From Mobula hypostoma (Eukaryota), in contig NC_086108.1 of NCBI RefSeq assembly GCF_963921235.1, forward strand, positions 111,292,001 to 111,356,000: 64,000 nt of DNA. Reading direction: 5' to 3'. The notes under the pieces are model-generated. The model had not been told where the DNA came from. It made no database searches and saw nothing but the letters and a program-made list of their open reading frames with translations. Of the stretch, positions 14,001 to 26,000 are shown piece by piece. The translations under genes and the position numbers were made by a program. Within the stretch, counting starts at the first letter, position 1; each line of letters begins with the position of its first letter.

Positions 14001-17000
14001 ATTGACCAGCACATGGCCCATTGCCTTTCATGCCTTGGTGGGTCATGCTCATTTGGGTAGATTATAGCGTTACCCAGCATGGACACATGCCCTTTGGCCC
14101 AACTGGTCCATACCAACCCGAACTTTCCTCCAATCACCTCAAACGGATGTCCTCTGGACCAAGGCCTTCTTTTTGACGTTAAGCACAGTAAGCTATGCTC
14201 CTATACCCACAGAACCCTCTGTACCTCAATGCTGTTACAGGGCCTACTACATATGGTATACTTTCTCCTTCCATTTGTCCTCCTAAACTGCAGCACTCCC
14301 ACTTGACAGATTAAGTTACATTTTAACAGCTTTGAAAGGTGGAGCAAGCACAAGGGATGAAGTGACCTACTTGTTGGAGTAGACTGTTTTTATTGTTATT
14401 TTTCTTGCAGTTTAACAATTTATGCCTGCTAGTATTTTTAAAATTACTTATATACATGTAACTCTACAGTATGTTACCTAGTGCTCACAGTATGTATATG
14501 CAGTTGTTCAGTGTGTCCCCTAGTGGTCACAGTATGTAAATGCAGTTGTTCAGTGTGTCCCCTAGTGGCTTTAGTTCTTTTTAACATCCTGGAAAGCTCT
14601 TGAAGCTTCTCTTGGTATTTTGTTATTTGAAAAGGAGATATCTGATTGGTTGACTCTTATTTGCAAACTTGAAAGGAATGTTTCTTATCCATGGGATATA
14701 AAAGGAGCTGACAATGCGCTAGCACAACCTTTGCTTCTTCTCTTCCTTCCACTACCAAACCTCTGCTCCTATTACTGTCCATTTCCAATTTTCTTTCTTC
14801 TATTAACACTTAGTAAAATGGTCGTGAAGGAGCAAGTTTTGTGCCTCTGTCCTGACTTCTGAAAGAAACTTATATTAAAAACATCAGAATCCAACATACT
14901 CCTGGTTCTCCTCTGCTGCCCTGGGTACAGTGAGTCACTTCCAAGAATAATTAACTAGATGTGTTATGGTTGTTAATGAAGAGGTGATGGTGAGAAAATT
15001 GTGGTCCTACCCCAGACCACTGGAATACCAAAGGTTGGCAATCCTACTGAAGCTAATTCATAGAAATGAATAAAGAGTCGACATTTCAGGATGAGACCCT
15101 TCATCAGAACTGGAAAGGAAGGGGGAGGAAGACAGAGGAAGGAGGTGGGTGGAGAGAAAGAAGTACAAGCTAGTCGGTGATAGGTGAAGCCAGGTGAGGG
15201 GAAGATGGGTGGGTTAGGAAGGGGGATAAAGTTTTTAGAGAGTATGCATTATGATCAGAGATTAAGGGAGCTAGGGCTTTACTCTTTGGAGAGAAGGAGG
15301 ATGAGAGGAGACATGATAGAGGTGTACAAGATAATAAGAAGAATAGATAGAGTGGATAGCCAGCGCCTCTTCCCTAGGGCACCACTGCTCAATACAAGAG
15401 GACATGGCTTTAAGGTAAGGGGTGGGAAGTTCAAGGGGGATATTAGGGGAAGGTTTTTTACTCAGAGAGTGGTTGGTGCATGGAATGCACTGCCTGAGTC
15501 AGTGGTGGAGGCAGATACACTAGTGAAGTTTAAGAGACTACTAGACAGGTATATGGAGGAATTTAAGGTGGGGGCTTAAATGGGAGGCAAGGTTTGAGGG
15601 TCGGCACAACATTGTGGGCCGAAGGGCCCGTACTGTGCTGTACTATTCTATGTTCTGTGTTTAAGCTGGGAGGTGATAGGTGGAAGAGGCAAAGGGTTGA
15701 AGAAAAAGGAATCTGATAGGAGAGGAGAGTGGACCATGGGAGAAAGAGAAAGGGTTTGTTTTGTTTAAAGAGAAAGAATGAAAGTTTTGAGCTATTCTAG
15801 AGGAACTCAACAAGTCAGGCAGCATCAATGGAACAAATGAACAGTTGATGTTTTGGGCCAAGACGCTTCATCAGGACTGGAAAGGAAGGGGTTGAAAGCC
15901 AGAATAAGAAGTTGGAGGGAGGGGAAGGAGTTCAGCATAGCAGGTGAGAAGTGCAAACAGGTGAGGTGGAAGGTGAGTGGGAGTCAAGAAGCAAGGATTA
16001 CATTTATAGAGTCATACATAGCATGATAGATAAGTAAACCGTACAGTTTTTGGGTCCTTCTTGCCAATGTTAGTCAGGGCCATGATAGCGTCCACCCGAA
16101 CTTTCAGAGGGAGGCTGGTGGCCACAGTGCCAAACCCTGGCAATAGCTTCACAATGCTCTTGATGCTTGCCGGCTGTCCTGCATTGCCGATGGCTTTGAG
16201 GCCCAGGACGATATTCTCGTTGTTGCGTTGGCTGACGCCTTCAGTGAGGAGGTTATGCAAAGGCTGGAAGAGAAGGGATTCAGTTTAGAGGGGTTACTGC
16301 CAGAAGCCACACAGGGAAGGCAACAGGAACAAAGGAAATTGGGACCAGCAACTGGGTAATGTATCACTTTACAGTGACAGCGATCCGGGTTCAATTCCCA
16401 TTACTGTCTGTCTGTAAAAAGTTTGGTCATCCTTTCTGTGGCTCCGTGGTTTTTTTCCAGGTGCTTCAGTTTCCTCCCACATTCCCAAGGCGTATGGGCC
16501 TGGGTTAATCAGCTGTGGGCATGCTACGTTGGCACAGGACATTGGCAACAACTGTGGGCTGGCCCCAGCACATCCTCAGACTGTGTTAGTACTTCACTCA
16601 GAAGACATATTTCACTCAAAGTTTCAATGTTTTGATGTCCAGTACATGTGACAAATAAGGACAATCTTTATCTTTGCTTCAATCTTTATAGCTGAGTAAG
16701 CGTAGGCTGGCTGGGCTGAAAAGTCCTGTGGCTACTATATTACTATATGTCTCTATAACCCTTCCTCTCAGTCTGAACTTAGCCAGACGGTCTTAAGCAT
16801 TAACAAGAGCAAACCTGCGGATACTGGGAATCTAAGCATCACACACAAACTGCTGGGGGAACTCAGCCGGCCGAAACATCGACTGTACTTTTTTTTCCAT
16901 AAATGCTGCCTGGCCTGCTGAGTTCCTCCAGTATTTTGTGTGTGCTGTTCGGTCTTAAGCATTAAATACTTTTGTGACATGGTGCATTCTTGTCAGTTAA

Positions 17001-20000
17001 TTAAATTCATTCTAAAGAATGGCTAATCTGTGGCGGCATAATGAGAAGGCGATTGGAAAGTATAAGAAGGGTGTTAGAGGTAAGTTTTCTACACAGAGAG
17101 TGGAATGCCTGCCGAGGGTGGGGAGGGTGGTGGTAGACACGTATACACTAGGGACATTTAAGAGACCCGTAGGCACATGGATGATAGAAAAGTGGAGGGC
17201 AAAGTGGGAGGGAAGGGTCACTGTAAGTTAGAAGGTCAGTATAACATTATGGGTTGAAGGGACTGTACTTACTACACTGCCCTATAGTCATAGTCATAGT
17301 CATAGTCATACTTTATTGATCCCAGGAGAAAATGGTTTTCATTACAGTTGCACCATAAATAATAAATAGTAATAAAACCATAAATAGTTAAATAGTAATA
17401 TGTAAATTATGCCAGGAAATGTCCAGGACCAGCCTATTGGCTCAGGGTGTCTGACCCTCCAAGGGAGGAGTTGTAAAGTTTGATGGCCACAGGCAGGAAT
17501 GACTTCCTATGACGCTCTGTGTTGCATCTCGGTGGAATGAGTCTCTGGCTGAATGTACTCCTGTGCCCAACCAGTACATTATGTAGTGGATGGGAGACAT
17601 TGTCCAAGATAGCATGCAACTTGGACAGCATCCTCTTTTCAGACACCACCGTCAGAGAGTCCAGTTCCATCCCCACAACATCACTAGCCTTATGAATGAG
17701 TTTGTTGATTCTGTTGGTGTCTGCTACCCTCAGTCTGCTGCCCCAGCACACAACAGCAAACATGATCGCACTGGCCACCACAGACTCGTAGAACATCCTC
17801 AGCATCATCCGGCAGATGTTAAAGGACCTCAGTCTCCTCAGGAAATAGAGACGGCTCTGTCCCTTCTTGTAGACAGCCTCAGTGTTCTTTGACCAGTCCA
17901 GTTTATTGTCAATTCATATCCCCAGGTATTTGTAATCCTCCACCATGTCCACACTGACCCCCTGGATGGAAACAGGGGTCACCGGTACCTTAGCTCTCCT
18001 CAGGTCTACCACCAGCTCCTTAGTCTTTTTCACATTAAGCTGCAGATAATTCTGCTCACACCATGTGACAAAGTTTCCTACCATAGCCCTGTACTCAGCC
18101 TCATCTCCCTTGCTGATGCATCCAACTATGCTTTATGTCATCCATTATGAGCGGTAGAGTAGGTGGGGAGCATGATAACAAAATGTTTCACAGTGTCAGC
18201 AATTGGGGTTCAATTCCCCCCGTTGTCCGTAACAAGTTTGTATCTTCTCCCCATCACCATGTGACAAACTGACTTGAAGGATAAAAATCTTGTGTCACTA
18301 ATTATTAATAGTTGGAACTTGCTAATTTACTTTGAATAAACTTCAAATGTTATGATTCATTAAGGAGCCTGGCAGAGGGGAGAGGAAAGGGTTGACTGAA
18401 TGGGCAAGTAGAGCTGGCTCACCTTCAGTATATCATCTGGGCAGGTGGTCCATGGAGAACAGAATCTGTAGACCAAGGAGCCATAGGTGAGGACTGTAAG
18501 CCTGCGAAGGATCCAGTTCTCCTTGATCACAATCAGCTCGATGATGTCCTGCAGAGACAAAGCAAAGGTGAGGTGAAACATCTTGTAAATGAAAACATCG
18601 CCGACGATGGATACTCACAGTCAAAACAGAGGCATATGGGGCTTGATTTTTTTGAGGAAGTCACAAAACAGATTGATGCAGGTAGAGTGGGGGATGTGGC
18701 AAATGTGGATTTTGGACAAGGTTTTCCATGGTAGGTTCATTCAGAATGTCAGGAGGCATGGAACCGGTGGAAGCCTGGCTGCATGGATTCAGAATCGGAT
18801 CAGAGGGTAGTAGTAGGTGGAGCATATTCTGCCTGGAGGTTAGTGACCAGTGGTGCTCCGCAGAAGTCTGTACTGGGACTCCTGCTCCTTGTGATTTTTA
18901 TAAATGACTTGAATGAGGAAGTGGAAGGGTGGGTTAATAAGTTTGCAGATGGCATGAAGGTGGGCGGTGGAGAAGATTGTCGTAGGTTACAATGGTCACT
19001 GACGGGACGCAGAGCTGGGTTGAGATGTGGTAGATGGAGTTCAACCCAGAGAAGTGTGAAGTGACGCACTTCGGATGGTTGATCTTGAAGGCAGATTACA
19101 GGGTTAAAGGCAGAATTCTTAGCAGTGGGGAGGAACAGAAGGATCTTGGAATCTATGTTCATAGTCCTCAAAGTTGATAAGGTGCTTAAGAAGGTGGATG
19201 GCCTCTTGACCTTCGTTAGTCAGAGGATTGAGTTCAAGAGCAGTGAGGTAATGTTGCAGCTCCATAAAACCCTGGTTAAACCGCACTTGGAATATTGTGT
19301 TCAGTTCTAGTTACCTCATTATAGGAAGGTATGTAGAAGCTTTAGAGAGGGCCACAGGAAGTTTACTAAGATGCTGCCTGGATTAGAGTGCATGTTTTAT
19401 GAGGATAGGCTGAGTGAGCTAGGACTTTCCTGTCTGGAGAGAAGGAGAACAAGAGGTGACTTGACAGAGGTGAACAAGATGATAAGAGGCATAGATAGCA
19501 TGGACAGTCAGAGACCTATCCCCAGGGTGGAAATGGCTAGTACAAAGGAGCATAATTGGCAGGAAAGTACAGGGGAGATGTCAGAGGTAGGTTTTATACA
19601 CAGAGAGCAGGACTGTGCAGAAAATCCTGACAGATTTACATTAGAGACTCATAAATCAATTGGTGGAGTAATCTCAATGGGCTGAATGGCCTATATCTTA
19701 TGGTCTTATCTATGGTAATTACCAGTTAATAAGGGTTCTAAAAGCCATGCACAACATAACTTGAGTGAATACTCACAAGTGCTAAAGTGATAACTTTACG
19801 GTCGAGGTTAACTTGATACAAGGCGAGAATCAGGGTCTGAAGGATCTCCAAGCGAGTGAGCTCAGAATTTTGGATTCTGGTCTTGAGCCATTTCAGAGAG
19901 TCGAATGTTCCAACAGCAGGCAGGACTTCAATGAACCAACGCCTAGAGTCAACGTACAGAACCAGAAGGTCTTCCAATTAATAGCAAATTCCCCAAGTGT

Positions 20001-23000
20001 AGGTCACTTTGACGTCAGAAATTAATTTGCCACTGATAAAATCATTTCATTCCTACAGGGGTTCCCAACTGGAGTCCGCAGACTCCTTGCCTAGTGCTAT
20101 TGGCCCAAATAAGGTTGGGAACTGCTGTACCTACCCCTATATCTAGAAGTGTATAGTTAATTGAAAGCAAGTAGACAGAGTGGTGAAAGTAGGTGTTTAA
20201 CAGACTGGTTTTCATCAGTTAGGGCACTGAGCACAGGAGCTGAAACGGTATGTTGCAGCTATACCAGTTGTTGCTGAGGTTGTACTTGGGCTATTGTAAA
20301 CATGGGAGATTCAGCAGAGGCTGGAAATCCAGAGGAACACACTCAAAATGCTGGAGGAACTCAGCAGAACGGGCAGGATCTATGGAGGAGAGTGAGCAGG
20401 CGTCGTTCCGGGCTGAGGAGAGTATCCTGTATAGTATAGGTCACCCTGCTAAGAGAAAGATGTGGTTAAAGTGGACAGAATGCAGGAAAGATTCCTGAGG
20501 ATGTTGCCAGAACTGAGTCATAGGGAGGTCGGGCAAGGTCTTTATTCCGTTGAATGTAGAAGAATGAGGGGACAATCTTTTAAAAATGTTTAATATTATG
20601 AGAGGCATAATATTGGAGGCAGTGGATGGTAACAGTCTTTACCCCGGGGTAGGGGAGACCAAAACTAGGAGGCATAGGTTTAGGGTGAGAGGGGAAAGAT
20701 TTAAAAGGGACCCGAGGGGCAACTTTTTCCACCCAGAGGGTGGGGAATATATGAAAGAGCTGCTGGAAGAAGTGGTCGAGGCAATGGCAGGGGCTGGGGG
20801 ATATTACTGGAAGTTAGAGACCATGGAAAAAATGGAATGAGGGAATTAGCCATTTAGAAGTTATTCTAAGAATTAACTCTGCTTTTTTATTGGGTGTTAT
20901 TTTGTAGCCTGTACAGCTGCTCATTAATATGCAAATATCTAATCAAGCAATCATGTGGCAGCGAATGAATGGATAAATGGTTGCACAGTAAAGTCGCAGT
21001 TAGTGCAACGCTATTACAGCTTGGGGCATTTCAGAGTTCAAAGTTCATTTCTGGTGCCGTTCCTGGTCAAGAGGTTCCGTTGTTGTTCAGACCAAACATC
21101 AGAATGGGGAAGAAATGTAATCGAAGCGACTTTGTTTGTCAAATGATTCTTGGTGCCAGATGGGGTGGTTTGAGTATCTCAGAAATTGCTGATCTCCTGG
21201 GATTTTCACACACAACAGTCTCTAGAGTTTACAAAGAATGGTGTGAAAGAACAAGAGAAAACATCCAGTAAGTGGCAGTTCTGTGGGCATTGAGAGAGGT
21301 CAGAGGAGATTGGCCAGACTGGTTCAAGCTGACAGGAAGGTGACAGTAACCCAAATAACGACACGTTACAACAGTGGTGTGCAGGAGAGTATCTCTGAAT
21401 GCACACTTCGCACTTTGAAGTGGATGGGCTACAGCAGCAGAAGAGCATACACTCTGCGGCCACTTTATTTTAGGTACAGGAGCTAACTAATCAAGTGGAG
21501 ATGACTCAAGAAGATAGCTAATACAGGAGGTCTCTAATAAAGTGGCTACTGAGTTTGAAAGGGAAGAAAGTACGGATGCTCAGTGTCGTCAATTTAAAAT
21601 CCTTTGCAGCCAATCTCTGTCACTGAACAGAATTTTTATATGACATTATAACTGGAATTTGAACTGATTGCCTACCTTAGCTCAGTCCGGCTCTTAACCA
21701 GTGCCCAAACTTCTGATAGGGCGGTATGTTCAACAGATCGAAGGAGCTGTATGAGTTCCAGGAACTTTGATGGGGCATCATGATGGATTTCCTCTGTGTT
21801 GTGTTTGGCAATGTGATTCAAGGTTTCTTTTATCTATAGAACACAAAACACGGAACACAGAACACTGAACATTACAGCAGAAGAACAGAACCTTCTTCCC
21901 ACAATATTGTGCCAAAATAATCACATTAGTAAATAAGTAACTAACTAAACCTTTCTACCAACACACATCAAAGTTGCTGGTGAACGCAGCAGGCCAGGCA
22001 GCATCTCTAGGAAGAGGTACAGTCGACGTTTCAGGCCGAGACCCTTCGTCAGGACTAACTGAAAGAAGAGCTAGTAAGAGATTTGAAAGGGGAGGGGGAG
22101 GAGGAGATCCAAAATGATAGGAGAAGACAGGAGGGGGAGGGATGGAGCCGAGAGCTGGACAGGTGATTGGCAAAAGGGGATACGAGAGGATCATGGGACA
22201 GGAGGCCCAGGGAGAAGCGACGAGAGGCAGAGGCAATAAAATGTGTTGACTCTGCCTCTCGTCGCTTCTCCCGTCAAGCTCTGAAGGTGACCCTCTCCGC
22301 CATGAAGAGGTATTTGGCGTCCCATTCCCACACCCTTCCACACCTTCGGGACACTTTCTTCGCCGTACTTCTCAAACTTCCGCTAATGCCCCACCTCCCC
22401 CTTGTACCCCATCTGTTATTTATTTATGTACACACGTTCTTTCTCTCTCTCTCCTTTTTCTCCCTCTGTCTTTCTGACTATACCCCTTGCCCATCCTCTG
22501 GGTTTTTCCCCACTCCCCCTTTTCTTTCTTCCCGGACCTCCTGCCCCATGATCCTCTCGTATCCCTTTTGCCAATCACCTGTCCAGCTCTTGGCTCCATC
22601 CCTCCCTCTCCTGTCTTCTCCTATCATTTTGGATCTCCCCCTCCCCCTCCCACTTTCAAATCTCTTACTAGCTCTTTCTTCAGTTAGTCCTGAAGAAGGG
22701 TCTCGGCCCGAAACGTCGACTGTACCTCTTCCTAGAGATGCTGCCTGGCCTGCTGCGTTCACCAGCAACTTTGATGTGTGTTGCTTGAATTTCCAGCATC
22801 TGCAGATTTCCTCGTGTTTGCGTTTTTAAACCTTTCTACCTGCACATTGTCCATATCCCTCTACTTCCTGCAGATTCACGTGAACCTTTGATCTACTTCA
22901 ACGCCACCCCAGGACCCATCATTCTTTGTGTAGAAACACTGCCCCTCACATCTCCTTTGAACTTGCCCCCCCCCCCCACATTAAATGCTTATCCTCTGGT

Positions 23001-26000
23001 CTTAGATGCTTCAACTCTGGGAAAGGATATTGGATGTCTACTCCCTCTGTGCCTCTCATAGTCTCATAGCCTTATAAACCTCCATCAGACCTCCCTTCGT
23101 CCTCCGCCAAACCCAGTTTGTCCAATGCCCCCTGACAGCACTTGCCCTGTAATCTAGGCAGCATCTTGATAAACCTCTTCTGCACCCTCTTCAAAGCCGC
23201 AACATTCTTCCTATAATCAGGTGACCACAACTGCATGCAATACCGCAGATGCAGTCTCACCAGAGTTTCAGAGAGCCGCAACATACCTTCTTCACTCTTA
23301 AACTCAGTTCCTTGATCAATAAGCACAAAAATACAATATGCCTTCGTTACTACCCTATCAATCTCTGCAGCTCCTTTCAGGGAGCCTGTGGACTTGGACT
23401 CAAAGAGCCCTCTGCACGCCGACACAGCGTACTGTCTCTTTACGTCACATGTCCCAAAAGGCAGCTCTTCACATTCTGCCAGATTAACTTCCATCAGCTA
23501 TTTCTCTGCCTAGATCTGTAAACTGCTGCAGTTTCCTCTTGTGTAAAGCAGAGCATAGAATCATGGAGTCATTCAGTACTACAGCATAACCACTTGGCCC
23601 AGCAGCATCCTGGCATTGGGAGACAACGCAACTAACGATGCTGAGGATGTTCTACGAGTCTGTGGTGGCCAGTGCTATCATGTTTGCTGTTGTGTGCTGG
23701 GGCAGCAGGCTGAGGGTAGCAGACACCAACAGAATCAACAAACTCATTCGTAAGGCCAGTGACGTTGTGGGGATGGAACTGGACTCTCTGATGGTGGTGT
23801 CTGAAAAGAGGATGCTGTCTAAGTTGCATGCTATCTTGGTCAATGTCTCCCATCCACTACATAATGTACTGGGTGGGCACAGGAGTACATTCAGCCAGAG
23901 ACTCATTCCACCGAGATGCAGCACAGAGCGTCACAAGAAGTCATTCCTGCCTGTGGCCATCAAACTTTACAACTCCTCCCTTGGAGGGTCAGACACCCTA
24001 AGCCAATAGGCTGGTCCTGGACTTATTTCATAATTTACTGGCATAATTTACATATTACTATTTAACTGTTTATGCTTCTATTACTATTTATTATTTATGG
24101 TTCAACTGTAATGAAAACCGATTTCCCCCGGGATCAATAAAGTATGACTATGACCATGACTAACTCAGAGAGTAAAGAGGCAAAGAGAACGTTGGCAGAA
24201 ATTACCTTCTGGACCAGGTTTTGCTCACGGATCAGGGTGAATGGTTGCCAGAAGGCGCTGCGGTCGCTGTGGTACCTCAGGCCATGCCGGGCTGGGAGCT
24301 CTGGTAGTGCCTGTGGCTGTTCTGAGGTGATATGCTCCAGGATGAGGCTCTGCCTACAATGGAAAATGTTAATCAGAACCCGGCCATTACCAGTTCAGCA
24401 GTGAAGGAAGGCCAAATATACGGCCAGAATGACTACAGATCCAAGAACATAGAGCAGTACTGCACTGGACTTCACCCCACAGGAGTGTCTGTTAACAAGG
24501 TGATTGACCCGAAATGATAAAGTAGTGGTGGCTGCTGGTGTGGAGGGGTGAGTTGGTCGATGGAGGTGTTTAAGGTAAGTAACTGTTTGAGGAAAGTAGC
24601 TGTTTTTGAGTCTAGAGGTCCTGGTGAGGATGCTACGGAGTTTCCTCCCTGAAGGGAGTGGGACAAAGTCCATGAGCAGGGAGGGTGGGATCCTTCATGA
24701 TGTTACTGGCCCTTTTCCAGCGCCTCGCTGTATATAGTCCTTGATGGTAGGTAGGTTGGTGCTGATGATGTTTTGAATATTGAACTGTACGAGTCATTAG
24801 AAAATCAATAATTGACAGTTCAATGCCTGACTCGCCTACCTTGCATCAACCCGGACTTCCCCGTTCTGTGTAAGCTGGTGCACCTCGTGGACTCGAGCTT
24901 CCTGCAGGATTGCTCCGTAAGCTGTTGGCTTCAGGATCAGGGTGGAGGTTGTCACGGTTTGGCTGCCCTGGGTGTGTCGCTGCAGGGAAAATAGCATCGT
25001 GGTTAATCCACTGATAGAGCCAAGCAACAAGCTCAGGTTTCTGACAAGCTCACCCTACCCCAGAGATAACGTGAAGTGACATCCCCACTGGTTCCACGAT
25101 TCATAGGATATAGAACTGCTCAAATCACAGTTCCCTAACAAATGAAGCTGTCCTTAAGTAAAGTAGAAGAACATAGAACAGCACAGTACAGGCCCTTCGG
25201 ACCACATTGTTGTGCTAACCTTTTAACCTACTCTAAGATGAACCTAACCCTTCACTCCTACATAACCCTGCATTTTTCTTTCATCCATCTGCCTATCTAA
25301 GAGTCTCTTAAATATCCCTAACGTATCTGCCTGGTGGTGTCTGAAAAGAGGATACTGTCCAAGTTGCATGCCATCTTGGACAATGTCTCCCATCCACTAC
25401 ATAATGTACTGGGTGGGCACAGGAGTACATTCAGCCAGAGACTCATTCCTCCGAGATGCAGCACAGAGAGTCATAGGAAGTCATTCCTGCCTGTGGCCAT
25501 CAAACTTTACAACTCCTCCCTTGGAGGGTCAGACACCCTGAGCCAATAGGCTGGTCCTGGACTTATTTCCTGGCATAATTTACATATTACTATTTAACTA
25601 TTTATGGTTTTATTATTATTTATGGTGCAACTGTAACGAAAACCGATTTCCCCCAGGATCAATGAAGTATGACTATGACTATGACAGTACTACTACCACT
25701 TGACAGGGTGTTCCACACACCCATCACTCTGTCTGAGAAAAACGGTCTTTGCCATTCCCCTTATACTTTCCTCTAATCACCTTAAAAGCATTCTCTCTGG
25801 CGTTAATATGTCTGCCCTGGGAAAAAAACACAGGCTGTCCACTTATCTATGCCTCTTATCAACTTACCGGAATGTGAAAACATGGGGAAATATGATTTGC
25901 AGATTCAGGCAGAACAAGCTGAATGTGCTTGTAAGGAGCCAACATCTCCTTACAACATCTCTGAGGATCTATCCTGGGCCCAAAGTACTGGTGCAATCAT

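Larger units (their letters stand above)
21960..22826. mobile_element. Penelope-like element, inverted pseudo-LTR arrangement with 14-bp TSD
   Basis: taaacctttctacc at 21946-21959 and 22827-22840; about 250-bp inverted arms. Confidence 0.85.
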
